From positions 1 to 19,857 of the forward strand of contig JBGATO010000068.1 of the NCBI GenBank assembly GCA_044229145.1: a stretch of DNA of 19,857 nt, given 5' to 3'. Positions 1 to 10,052 of this stretch are shown here, piece by piece (position 1 is the first letter of the stretch; each line of letters opens with the position of its first letter). Below the pieces are notes generated by a model. That model did no database searches. It had not been told where the DNA came from and worked only from the letters and a program-made list of their open reading frames with translations. The DNA is from Candidatus Eiseniibacteriota bacterium. GTDB lineage: Bacteria; Eisenbacteria; RBG-16-71-46; CAZEPH01. A program made the position numbers and the translations under genes.

Positions 1-611
1 GCCTTCGAGCTGCTCCGGCGCCATGTATTGAAACGTGCCGAGCAGCGTGCCTTCGACGGTGAGCGGCGAGGCCTGCGGCGCGGTACGCGTGAGCGCCGCC
101 ATCGTCGCGCCGCTGGCGCTCGTCGGGCCGCCAGCGTCCGCGGCGCGCGCGAGGCCGAAGTCCATCAGCTTGGCGCCACTCTTGGTCAGCATGACGTTGC
201 CGGGCTTGAGATCGCGATGGATGACGCCGGCGCGGTGCGCGCGATCGAGCGCGTCGGCGATCTGCGCGCCGAACTTGAGCACCTCCGCCGGCGGCAACGC
301 GCCGGCGCGCGCGATGCGCTGCGCCAGCGTTTCGCCGTCGATGAGTTCGAGCACGAGGAAGTCGAGATCGCCCTCGCGGCCGACATCGAACAGCGTGCAG
401 ATGTGCGGGTGATTGAGCGACGAGATCGTCCGCGCTTCGCGTTCGAAGCGCGCGCGGATTTCGACGTTGTCACTGAGGTGCCGCGGCAGCACCTTGATCG
501 CGACCTCGCGGCCGAGCCGCGTGTCGCGGGCGCGGAACACCTCGCCCATGCCGCCGGCGCCAAGCGGCGCGACGATTTCGTAGGGGCCGAGACGGGTGCC
601 AGCCTGCAGCG

Positions 612-615
<4 letters not shown>
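1..615 (-). CDS. Hanks-type Ser/Thr protein kinase, N-terminal part (runs off the left edge)
   Basis: Not in the ORF track because there is no stop in the window. Manual translation from ATG 615: [41 protein letters not shown]...FEREA...HRDLKPGNVML...DFGLA...GTFQYMAPEQLEG. The ATG overlaps the upstream kinase TGA (ATGA, 612-615). Confidence 0.95.
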
Positions 616-3284
<2,669 letters not shown>

Positions 3285-3352
3285 GGGGAATCCTGGGCGG
3301 ACGGGAGCGAGGGTCGGGAGTCGATCTGTGCGAGGGCCTGGAAGCTCCGGCA

Positions 3353-4291
3353 TCATGCCCGAAAACGTGCGAGGAGGCAGTAGTGAAGTTGCGTCGCGAG
3401 AGGCGAAACGTGCGGTGAAGCACCCGGCTCGCCGGGGTGATCGCCGGGCGTGCAGGCGCACGCCCGGGCGCCCCACGTCGAGGGCGTGACCGGCGTCGGG
3501 TTCTGTCCCACAGCCAAACCGCGCAGGGTGCGCGCCGACGTCAAGGTCACCGACTGCACGACGTGACCGTTCGTGGTGTCGATCTGACGCACTTGATTGG
3601 CAACCCGCTGGTAGACCCAGAGCGCGCCGCTGCTGGTGAACACCATCCCGCTGTCGCCGTCGTTGACCGGCGTGGTATAGGCGCCCACCAAGCTGTACGC
3701 CGACGGCCGCGCCATCACGTAAAAGTTCATGGTGTTGCTCGAGGCACCGCCGACTCCATCGTTGGCGAACAGGCGGTCGGTGGCCGGGTCGTACGCAATG
3801 TTGTCCATGTCGGAGTTGCCGGCGGCCACTGGGTAAAAGTCGGTCTGGTTGGTGACGGCCCCGCTGGTCGACAAGTCGGCGAGCACGTGTGCTTGGCCGC
3901 ACGCGCCGGTCGACGCCCGGTAGGACAACAACAGCGTCGACGCGTTCGCCGTGAGCCCGTCCGCAGCCGAGGTCTGGAGGTCGGTCGCACCGACCTTGAC
4001 CCGCACCTGACTCACCTTGGCGCCGGTGAGAGGGTCGATCTTCACCAAGTCCACGAAGCTCGTCACGCACAGCGGCAGGTTGGTGGCGTAGAGGTAGCCA
4101 TTGAAGTACGCCAGCGACGCCCCGCCGAAGTTGTAGCCGATGGCCCCGACCGTGGTGACCACACCGGTCGTGTTGTCGATGGTGACGAGCTGGTCATTGG
4201 TGATGTCGATCGAGTAGAACACGGTCGCGTGCGCGCGCGGCGCGGCGGCACACAGCAGCGCGAACGCGACGAACGAAGCGAGGCGGCGCAT
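3353..4291 (-). CDS. Secreted hypothetical protein, beta-propeller-like repeats, PSTWG motif near the C-terminus (3' end possibly aberrant)
   Basis: GGAG RBS before ATG 4291; signal peptide MRRLASFVAFALLCAAAPRAHA|T; repeats LVTIDNTTG, LVKIDPLTG, VRQIDTTNG; NPTPVTPSTWG followed by atypical sequence running through GC hairpins. Confidence 0.8.
   Translation of the reverse strand: MRRLASFVAFALLCAAAPRAHATVFYSIDITNDQLVTIDNTTGVVTTVGAIGYNFGGASLAYFNGYLYATNLPLCVTSFVDLVKIDPLTGAKVSQVRVKVGATDLQTSAADGLTANASTLLLSYRASTGACGQAHVLADLSTSGAVTNQTDFYPVAAGNSDMDNIAYDPATDRLFANDGVGGASSNTMNFYVMARPSAYSLVGAYTTPVNDGDSGMVFTSSGALWVYQRVANQVRQIDTTNGHVVQSVTLTSARTLRGLAVGQNPTPVTPSTWGARACACTPGDHPGEPGASPHVSPLATQLHYCLLARFRA
3421..3467. 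repeat. Two adjacent GC-rich hairpins (possible terminator or RNA-stabilising structure)
   Basis: Perfect 10-bp inverted repeat CCGGGCGTGC (3444-3453) / GCACGCCCGG (3458-3467); imperfect CACCCGGC / GCCGGGGTG (3421-3439). No U-tract. Confidence 0.5.
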
Positions 4292-4391
4292 GATGTCGTC
4301 TCCAGAGAGGTCTGTGGCAGTCCCCCTAGTGTGCCGAATCGCGGGGCCGCTGTTCAAGTCTGCCAGTGTCGCGCGAAGCGATATGCGGTTT

Positions 4392-4407
4392 CTTAGGTTT
4401 GCCTAAG
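4392..4407. promoter_or_regulatory. Palindromic operator-like site resembling a DtxR/MntR-family box
   Basis: CTTAGG-TTTG-CCTAAG in a divergent intergenic region; the core TTAGGTTTGCCTAA differs at one position from TTAGGTTAGCCTAA. Confidence 0.45.
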
Positions 4408-4446
4408 TTGCCACGCTGCACACCTCATGCGCCCGTGGCGAGGGTG

Positions 4447-4455
4447 TGCTACGGT
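4447..4455 (+). promoter_or_regulatory. Putative extended -10 promoter for the APC permease
   Basis: TGC-TACGGT (TGn-TAnnnT) about 50 nt upstream of ATG 4508. Confidence 0.4.
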
Positions 4456-4507
4456 GCGCCGCCCGGGCGCGCCACGCCCCTCGCCCTCCACTTCGCAGGA
4501 GATTCGC

Positions 4508-6157
4508 ATGACGCAGCACCCCGAGCCGCACGCCCGCGTCGCCGGGCACCTCCAGCGGTCCGTCGGTTTCTACGGCCTGATGTTCGTGTCACTCGGGTCG
4601 ATCATCGGTTCGGGCTGGCTGCTCGGCGCCCTGAGCGCCGCGGAGGTCGCGGGGCCGGCCTCGGTGCTGTCCTGGTTCTTGGCGGCCGGCATGCTCTCGC
4701 TGCTCGCACTGACGTACGCCGAACTCGGCGGCGCGTATCCGGTGGCAGGCGGCGCCGCGCGTTTCCCCTACTACTCGCACGGCCCGATCGCCGGATTCAC
4801 CGCCGGATGGGTGGCGTGGTTGCAGGCCGTGTTCGTCGCCCCGATCGAAGTGCTCGCGGCTATCACCTACGTGAACAGCGTCGGCTGGGTGAATACGCAC
4901 TTCAACATGATCGAAAAGTTCGGGCCGAACGCGGGGCTGCTGAACGGGCCGGGCCTCGCGGTGGCCTTGGTGCTCATGGTGCTGTTCACTGCGATCAATC
5001 TCGGGGGCGCGAAGTTCCTCAGCGAGAGCAACGTTTGGGTGGTGATCTGGAAGACGCTGGTGCCGGTGGTCGCGGTCGTCGTGGTGGCGATGTTGCAGTT
5101 CCGCCCGGAGAACTTCCACGCCGGCGGCGGCTTCCTGCCCTTCGGCTTCCACGGCGTCTTCGCGGCGCTCACCGGCGGCGTGGTGTTTTCGCTGCAAGGG
5201 TTCGAGCAAGCGGTGCAGCTCGCCGGCGAAGCGCGTGACCCGCGCCGCGACCTGTCGCGCGCGGTGCTCACCGCGATGGCGATCGGCGCCGTGCTCTACG
5301 CAGCGCTGCAGATCGTCATGATCGGTGGACTCGACCCGCGCAACATCGCGCACGGCTGGGACAAGCCGCTCGGCACCGACCCGTCGGACTACGGCGCGTG
5401 GTACACGCTGGCGCTGGCACTCGGTGTTGGCTGGCTGGCCAAGGCGCTCATCATCGACGCCGTGATCTCGCCGGCCGGGACGGGCGTGGTGTTCCTCGGC
5501 GCCACCGCGCGGTTGTCCTACGCGCTCGGCGAAGAGCGCGAGATGCCGAGCGCCCTCGCATCGACGGACAAGCGCGGCGTGCCGGTAGTGTCGATCCTGC
5601 TGGCCTCCGCGGTCGGCATGCTGGCGCTTGGACCGTACAAGAGTTGGAGCGGACTGGTCAGCGTCATCACCGGCGCCACCGCGATCATGTACGCGTTCGC
5701 GCCTATCTCGCTGGCGGCGTTGCACAAGTCGGACGGCGCGCGGCCGCGTCCCTATCGCACCCCGTCGCCGCGCCTCGTGCTGCCGGCGGCGTTCTGCTCG
5801 GCGAACTTGATCATCTACTGGGGCGGCTTCGAGTCCACGTGGAAGCTGGCGATTGCGGTGCTGATCGGCCTCGTGCTGTTCGTGCTCGGCGCGTTGCGAG
5901 AGAAGACGGGGGCGTTGACCACCACGCGTCACGCGGCCTGGATTGCGCTGTGGCTCGGCGGACAAGTGGTGCTCGGCGCGCTCGGCAACTACGGCAATGG
6001 CGCGCGCGGCGTGCTGCCCGATTGGATCGACATCGCGACGGTGGTGGCATTCTCGCTGATCGTGTTCCGCGTGGCAGTCCATGCCTCGCTGCCGGCGGCG
6101 CGCGCCGCCGAAGCGATTGCCAAGGACCGCGAACAGATCGAGTACACCGCGGCCTGA
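4508..6157 (+). CDS. APC-superfamily amino acid permease (YveA-like, 549 aa)
   Basis: AGGAG RBS; GSIIGSGWL in TM1, AGPAS, YAELG..YP.AGG..R.P.YSHG, GFEQ....AGEA.DP.R; many hydrophobic segments. Confidence 0.92.
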   Translation: MTQHPEPHARVAGHLQRSVGFYGLMFVSLGSIIGSGWLLGALSAAEVAGPASVLSWFLAAGMLSLLALTYAELGGAYPVAGGAARFPYYSHGPIAGFTAGWVAWLQAVFVAPIEVLAAITYVNSVGWVNTHFNMIEKFGPNAGLLNGPGLAVALVLMVLFTAINLGGAKFLSESNVWVVIWKTLVPVVAVVVVAMLQFRPENFHAGGGFLPFGFHGVFAALTGGVVFSLQGFEQAVQLAGEARDPRRDLSRAVLTAMAIGAVLYAALQIVMIGGLDPRNIAHGWDKPLGTDPSDYGAWYTLALALGVGWLAKALIIDAVISPAGTGVVFLGATARLSYALGEEREMPSALASTDKRGVPVVSILLASAVGMLALGPYKSWSGLVSVITGATAIMYAFAPISLAALHKSDGARPRPYRTPSPRLVLPAAFCSANLIIYWGGFESTWKLAIAVLIGLVLFVLGALREKTGALTTTRHAAWIALWLGGQVVLGALGNYGNGARGVLPDWIDIATVVAFSLIVFRVAVHASLPAARAAEAIAKDREQIEYTAA

Positions 6158-6169
6158 GCGTCTCGCGGG

Positions 6170-6214
6170 ATGCAAATCGGGGGAGGCGCCGCGTGGGCGC
6201 CTCCCCCGTTGCAT
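6170..6214. terminator. Strong hairpin between convergent genes, probable bidirectional terminator
   Basis: Perfect 13-bp stem CGGGGGAGGCGCC (6178-6190) / GGCGCCTCCCCCG (6196-6208), extended by ATGCAA / TTGCAT; lies between stops at 6157 (+) and 6230 (-). Confidence 0.75.
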
Positions 6215-6229
6215 TGCCGCACTCGGCGT

Positions 6230-7063
6230 CTAGCGGAAGATCGACTTGATGCGGCCCCACGTCGACGGCTTGGTGGCGACGAACTGATCCGACCGTCCGG
6301 CCACGCTCATGATGTTGCCGCTGGCGTCGATGTCGACGACGTCGAAGCCCACCGGCGCACTCGGGAAGATGTTGTGCGAGGCGTTGCCGTTGACGTCGCC
6401 GGACGTCAGGCCGAGTGACGCGCCGAACGCCGTCACGGTGAAGCCCGATTCGCTCTGGTTGAACTGCGTGCTGATCACCGTCGTCGGCACGAAGTCGAAC
6501 CAGCCGCCGAGCGGCGTGAGCCCAGCGCCCGAGTTGCTCTCGGTCATCGCGTAGAGGCCGCCGCCGTTGTTGACGAAGGCGATGATGTCGGCGCGACGCG
6601 CGTTGAGGATGCCGAGTTCGGCCTGCGTGAGGATGCCGCCGAAGTCCGACGCCACCACGATGCCGCTGTACTTGAATCCGAGCTGGTTGATCTCGGCGTT
6701 GAGGTCCGACGCATCGTGGTGCTCGAAGTCCGTCCCCTCGACGTAGCCGCTCATCGTGAGGCCGATCTTGCCGTCGGTGTGGCCGCTCGGCGGCGCAATG
6801 CGCGACTGCACGTAGAGGAACTTGTGGATGCCGGCGAGATAGTACGGGTTGAACGCCGGGTTCAAGATGAAGTTGATCGCGGCCTGGTTGATGTGCTGCG
6901 CGCCGAGCGCATTGCCGCCGAGTTGCGCGTGGAAGTCAGGGTCGTGGCCGGTGAGGAACATGCTGCCGGCCTGGGACGGCGTGGTGGCGGCGCAGAGCGC
7001 CACGGCGCACACGCCGACAACGGCCAGGCGGCGAACGGAGGATGAGAGGATCGCAAGTTGCAT
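6230..7063 (-). CDS. Secreted hypothetical protein ending in PSTWGRIKSIFR (277 aa)
   Basis: AGGAG RBS; signal peptide ending PSQA|GS; mature N-terminus GSMFLTGHDPDFH; IIAFVNNGGGLYAM is reminiscent of class I GATase-like folds (inference). Confidence 0.85.
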   Translation of the reverse strand: MQLAILSSSVRRLAVVGVCAVALCAATTPSQAGSMFLTGHDPDFHAQLGGNALGAQHINQAAINFILNPAFNPYYLAGIHKFLYVQSRIAPPSGHTDGKIGLTMSGYVEGTDFEHHDASDLNAEINQLGFKYSGIVVASDFGGILTQAELGILNARRADIIAFVNNGGGLYAMTESNSGAGLTPLGGWFDFVPTTVISTQFNQSESGFTVTAFGASLGLTSGDVNGNASHNIFPSAPVGFDVVDIDASGNIMSVAGRSDQFVATKPSTWGRIKSIFR

Positions 7064-7223
7064 TCGAGTCTCCTGGTTGTGAGTGCACGTGGGCTGAAAG
7101 GCCGGGCGCGGCGCCGGCGTGAGGCGCCGTGGACGAATCGCAGCGTACCTCCCGCTTTGGCCGCTTGGCAACGCCCCGCAGGTCGCACCGCCGCCCGAGC
7201 CCGGCGGCGGCACACCCCTGTGC

Positions 7224-8378
7224 CTAGGACGGCGAGGACCAGTCGCGCCCGAACCAGCGGCGCACGCGCGACGCGCCGAACTCGACCTTCTCCGCCGCAA
7301 ATGCCGTCGAGGCAGACTGGAAAATCGCCGTCGGTTTCGGGCCGCTGAGGAAGTTCACGTCGACGCGACCGACTTCGCCACCGCCGAACTCGATGTAGCA
7401 CGAGCCGGCGCCGTCGTACGGCGCCGGCACCGCGTCGCCGTGCACCTGCGCGAGAATCGACTGCGCCGCGACGCGCGCGGCCCCCTCGGCGAAGACGCCC
7501 GCCATCGGCGTCTCGAGGTTGGTCACGTCGCCGATCGCGTAGACACCCGAAAACGGTGTGGCGAGTGTGCGCGGATCGGTCGGTACCCACTCGCCCGCGC
7601 CGAGGCCGAACGCCGCGCGTGCCACGGCGGGCGCGCGGTGCACCGGAATGCCGCAGTAGAGCGCGTACGGAAGTTCGCCGCCGTCGTCCAATACCGCGAC
7701 GCGACGCGCCGGATCGAGCGCCACGACGCGCCGCTCGGCGACGAAGCGAATACCGCGCTCCGCGAACGCCGCGAGGATGGCCGCAGACGTCTCGGGAGAC
7801 GGCGGAATCGGGCGCGCGAAGGGCAGCACGACGCTGATGTCACTGCGGGCGCGCACCCCGCGCTGCGTGAGGTACTCGTGCAACATCATCGCCGTCTCGC
7901 TCGGCGCCGGCGGACACTTGAACGGCGCCAGCGTCGCGCCGATCACCACGGGCCCGCCGTCGAAGCGCTCGAGCGCCGAGCCGAGAGCCCACGCGCCGTC
8001 GGTCGTGTAGAACTCGTTACCGGCCTCGGCGAGGCCGGGCGTTGCCGCCAAGTCCAGGTCGGCGCCGAGCGCGACGACGAGGATGTCGGCATCGAACGTG
8101 CCGTCCGCCGTGACCACGCGACGCGATGCCGGATCGAACGACTCGATCGCCGTCTGCAGGAAGCGCACGCCGGGCTTGGCGATGTCGCGGTAGGAATGGC
8201 GCGACGCCGCGGGCGCTTGCCGGCCGAACATCGCGTCGAGTTTCGAGAAACCGAACACGAAGGCATCGCTGCGATCGATCAGCAGGAGATCGAGCGATTC
8301 GCCGAGCGCGTCGGAGAGTACCGTGGTGAGTTCGAGTCCGCCGAAGCCGGCGCCGAGGACGATCACGCGTGTCGACAT
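7224..8378 (-). CDS. FAD-dependent oxidoreductase, sulfide:quinone oxidoreductase-like
   Basis: VIVLGAGFGG FAD-binding motif, ADILVVALGA, FKCPPAPSE, GVYAIGDV, AGVFA, GSCYIEFGGG (two Cys at SQR-typical positions). Confidence 0.82.
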   Translation of the reverse strand: MSTRVIVLGAGFGGLELTTVLSDALGESLDLLLIDRSDAFVFGFSKLDAMFGRQAPAASRHSYRDIAKPGVRFLQTAIESFDPASRRVVTADGTFDADILVVALGADLDLAATPGLAEAGNEFYTTDGAWALGSALERFDGGPVVIGATLAPFKCPPAPSETAMMLHEYLTQRGVRARSDISVVLPFARPIPPSPETSAAILAAFAERGIRFVAERRVVALDPARRVAVLDDGGELPYALYCGIPVHRAPAVARAAFGLGAGEWVPTDPRTLATPFSGVYAIGDVTNLETPMAGVFAEGAARVAAQSILAQVHGDAVPAPYDGAGSCYIEFGGGEVGRVDVNFLSGPKPTAIFQSASTAFAAEKVEFGASRVRRWFGRDWSSPS

Positions 8379-8385
8379 AGGTCGC

Positions 8386-8394
8386 ACGGTACCA
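8386..8394 (-). promoter_or_regulatory. Putative extended -10 element for a leaderless SQR-like transcript
   Basis: Minus strand TGG-TACCGT-gcgacct-ATG; no Shine-Dalgarno upstream. Confidence 0.45.
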
Positions 8395-8449
8395 GATTCG
8401 CGAACCGCCAGTCACCCGGAACGCGACGCCGTGACGCCCATTGCGGCGA

Positions 8450-9769
8450 TCAGCCGGCGCGCTTTCCCTGCCCGCCGATCGCCACGCGATGCGTCTCGGG
8501 CGCCGCCAATGTCGCCACCAACGTCAACACGCAGCACGCCACCAAATACGCCGCCACCGCGTGCACGCCGTGCCTCGCCAACAACAACGTGGCGACGAAC
8601 GGTGCCAAGCCCCCACTGAAGATCGACGTGAACTGGTAGACGAGCGAGGCGCCGCTGTAGCGCACGTGTGCGCCGAACAGCTCCGAGAAGTACGCCGCCA
8701 TCGGGCCGTACATCATGTCGTGCCCGAGCATCGCGAACACCAGCGCCAGCGCGACGAATTCCGGTCCGCGCCCGATCAGCCAGAACGCCGGAAACGTCGC
8801 GAGCAGCGACACCACCGCGCCCGCGAGATACACCGGCCGCCGGCCGACGCGGTCCGAGAGATGCGACCAGAAGGGAATCGCCACCAGGCCGACGGCCGCG
8901 GTGAGCATGACGCCGCCCAGCATCACGCTGCGACCGTAGTGCAGCGTCTTCTCGCCGAAGCCCGGCACGAAAACCGTGAAGATGTAGAACTGCACGTTTT
9001 GCGCGAAGCGCAAACCCATGCCGATGAGGATCTCGCGCGGATGTTCGCGGAATGCGTCGGCGAGCGGAAAGCGTGATGCGCCGCGTTGGTCGCGCACTTC
9101 CTCGAACGCCGGCGTCTCGAGAACGCGCAAGCGCACGAACAGCCCGATGGCGATGAGCACCACCGAGAGCAGGAACGGAACGCGCCAGCCCCATGCGAGG
9201 AAGCTCGCCTCCGGCATGCGCGACGAGATGAACGCGAACACGCCGGTGGACAACAGCAATCCGGCCGGCACGCCCATCTGCGGCCACGAGCCGTGGAAGC
9301 CGCGCCGCGCGCCACCCGAATGTTCGACCGCGAGCAACACCGCCCCACCCCACTCGCCGCCGACGCCGATGCCCTGCAGGAAGCGGAACACCACCAACAG
9401 CGCCGGCGCCCAGATCCCGAGGCGTTCGTAGGTGGGGATCACGCCGATCGCCGCGGTGGCCACGCCCATCAGGAGGAGCGACCACACGAGCACCGACTTG
9501 CGCCCATGCCGATCCCCGAAGTGGCCGAAGAACGCGCCGCCGAGCGGCCGCGCGATGAAGCCGATCGCGAACGTCCCGTACGAACTCAGGGTGCCGGCGA
9601 GCGGATCGAGCGTCGGGAAGAACAGCTTGTTGAACACGAGCGCCGACGCGGTGCCGTAGAGGAAGAAGTCGTACCACTCGATCGTCGTGCCGAGGAAGCT
9701 GGCGAAGATGACTTCGCGCAGGCTGTGCTGGCGCGGGGCGGCGGCGGCCGCGCGAGTGCTAGCGGGCAT
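8450..9769 (-). CDS. MFS transporter, metabolite:H+ symporter (MHS, ShiA-like) family
   Basis: GTTIEWYDFFLYG, RPLGG..FGHFGDRHGRK, RFLQGIGVGGEWGGA, WGWRVPFL, ETP.F, SDRVGRR, SELF...VRYSG. Start uncertain (9769 or 9805). Confidence 0.93.
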   Translation of the reverse strand: MPASTRAAAAAPRQHSLREVIFASFLGTTIEWYDFFLYGTASALVFNKLFFPTLDPLAGTLSSYGTFAIGFIARPLGGAFFGHFGDRHGRKSVLVWSLLLMGVATAAIGVIPTYERLGIWAPALLVVFRFLQGIGVGGEWGGAVLLAVEHSGGARRGFHGSWPQMGVPAGLLLSTGVFAFISSRMPEASFLAWGWRVPFLLSVVLIAIGLFVRLRVLETPAFEEVRDQRGASRFPLADAFREHPREILIGMGLRFAQNVQFYIFTVFVPGFGEKTLHYGRSVMLGGVMLTAAVGLVAIPFWSHLSDRVGRRPVYLAGAVVSLLATFPAFWLIGRGPEFVALALVFAMLGHDMMYGPMAAYFSELFGAHVRYSGASLVYQFTSIFSGGLAPFVATLLLARHGVHAVAAYLVACCVLTLVATLAAPETHRVAIGGQGKRAG

Positions 9770-10052
9770 CGTGCGCGGAGACACGGCAGGGCCGGACGAA
9801 CACACGGCGTGGGCGGGCGTTGGGCGTCATGCGTCGGATGCTAGCAAGTCACGCCAGCGGACGGTAGAGATTCGTCGCCGGCGCCGGGGGGAGCGACCCA
9901 TTCGCCCACAGGCGCATGTGCGTCAGGTCAACGCTCCCGGGTGGCCTGGTGTCCAGTGCTCGCCGGATTCCATCCCACATCGGCGTTGGCACCGGCACTC
10001 CCCCATGATTCCCGCGCACACGGCGCGCGCTCCTTCGGCTGGGAGGTGACCG

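Noticed and set aside
3285..4070. N-terminal 262-aa extension of the kinase in the 1152-aa ORF
   Set aside because: It is an alternative frame over the secreted protein gene; the paralog starts at the equivalent MTLQ.
9884..9940. GGGAGCG...CGCTCCC stem in the MFS/lipoprotein intergenic region as a riboswitch or ncRNA
   Set aside because: Only a 7-bp GC stem with no riboswitch consensus I recognise; would need an Rfam/Infernal search.
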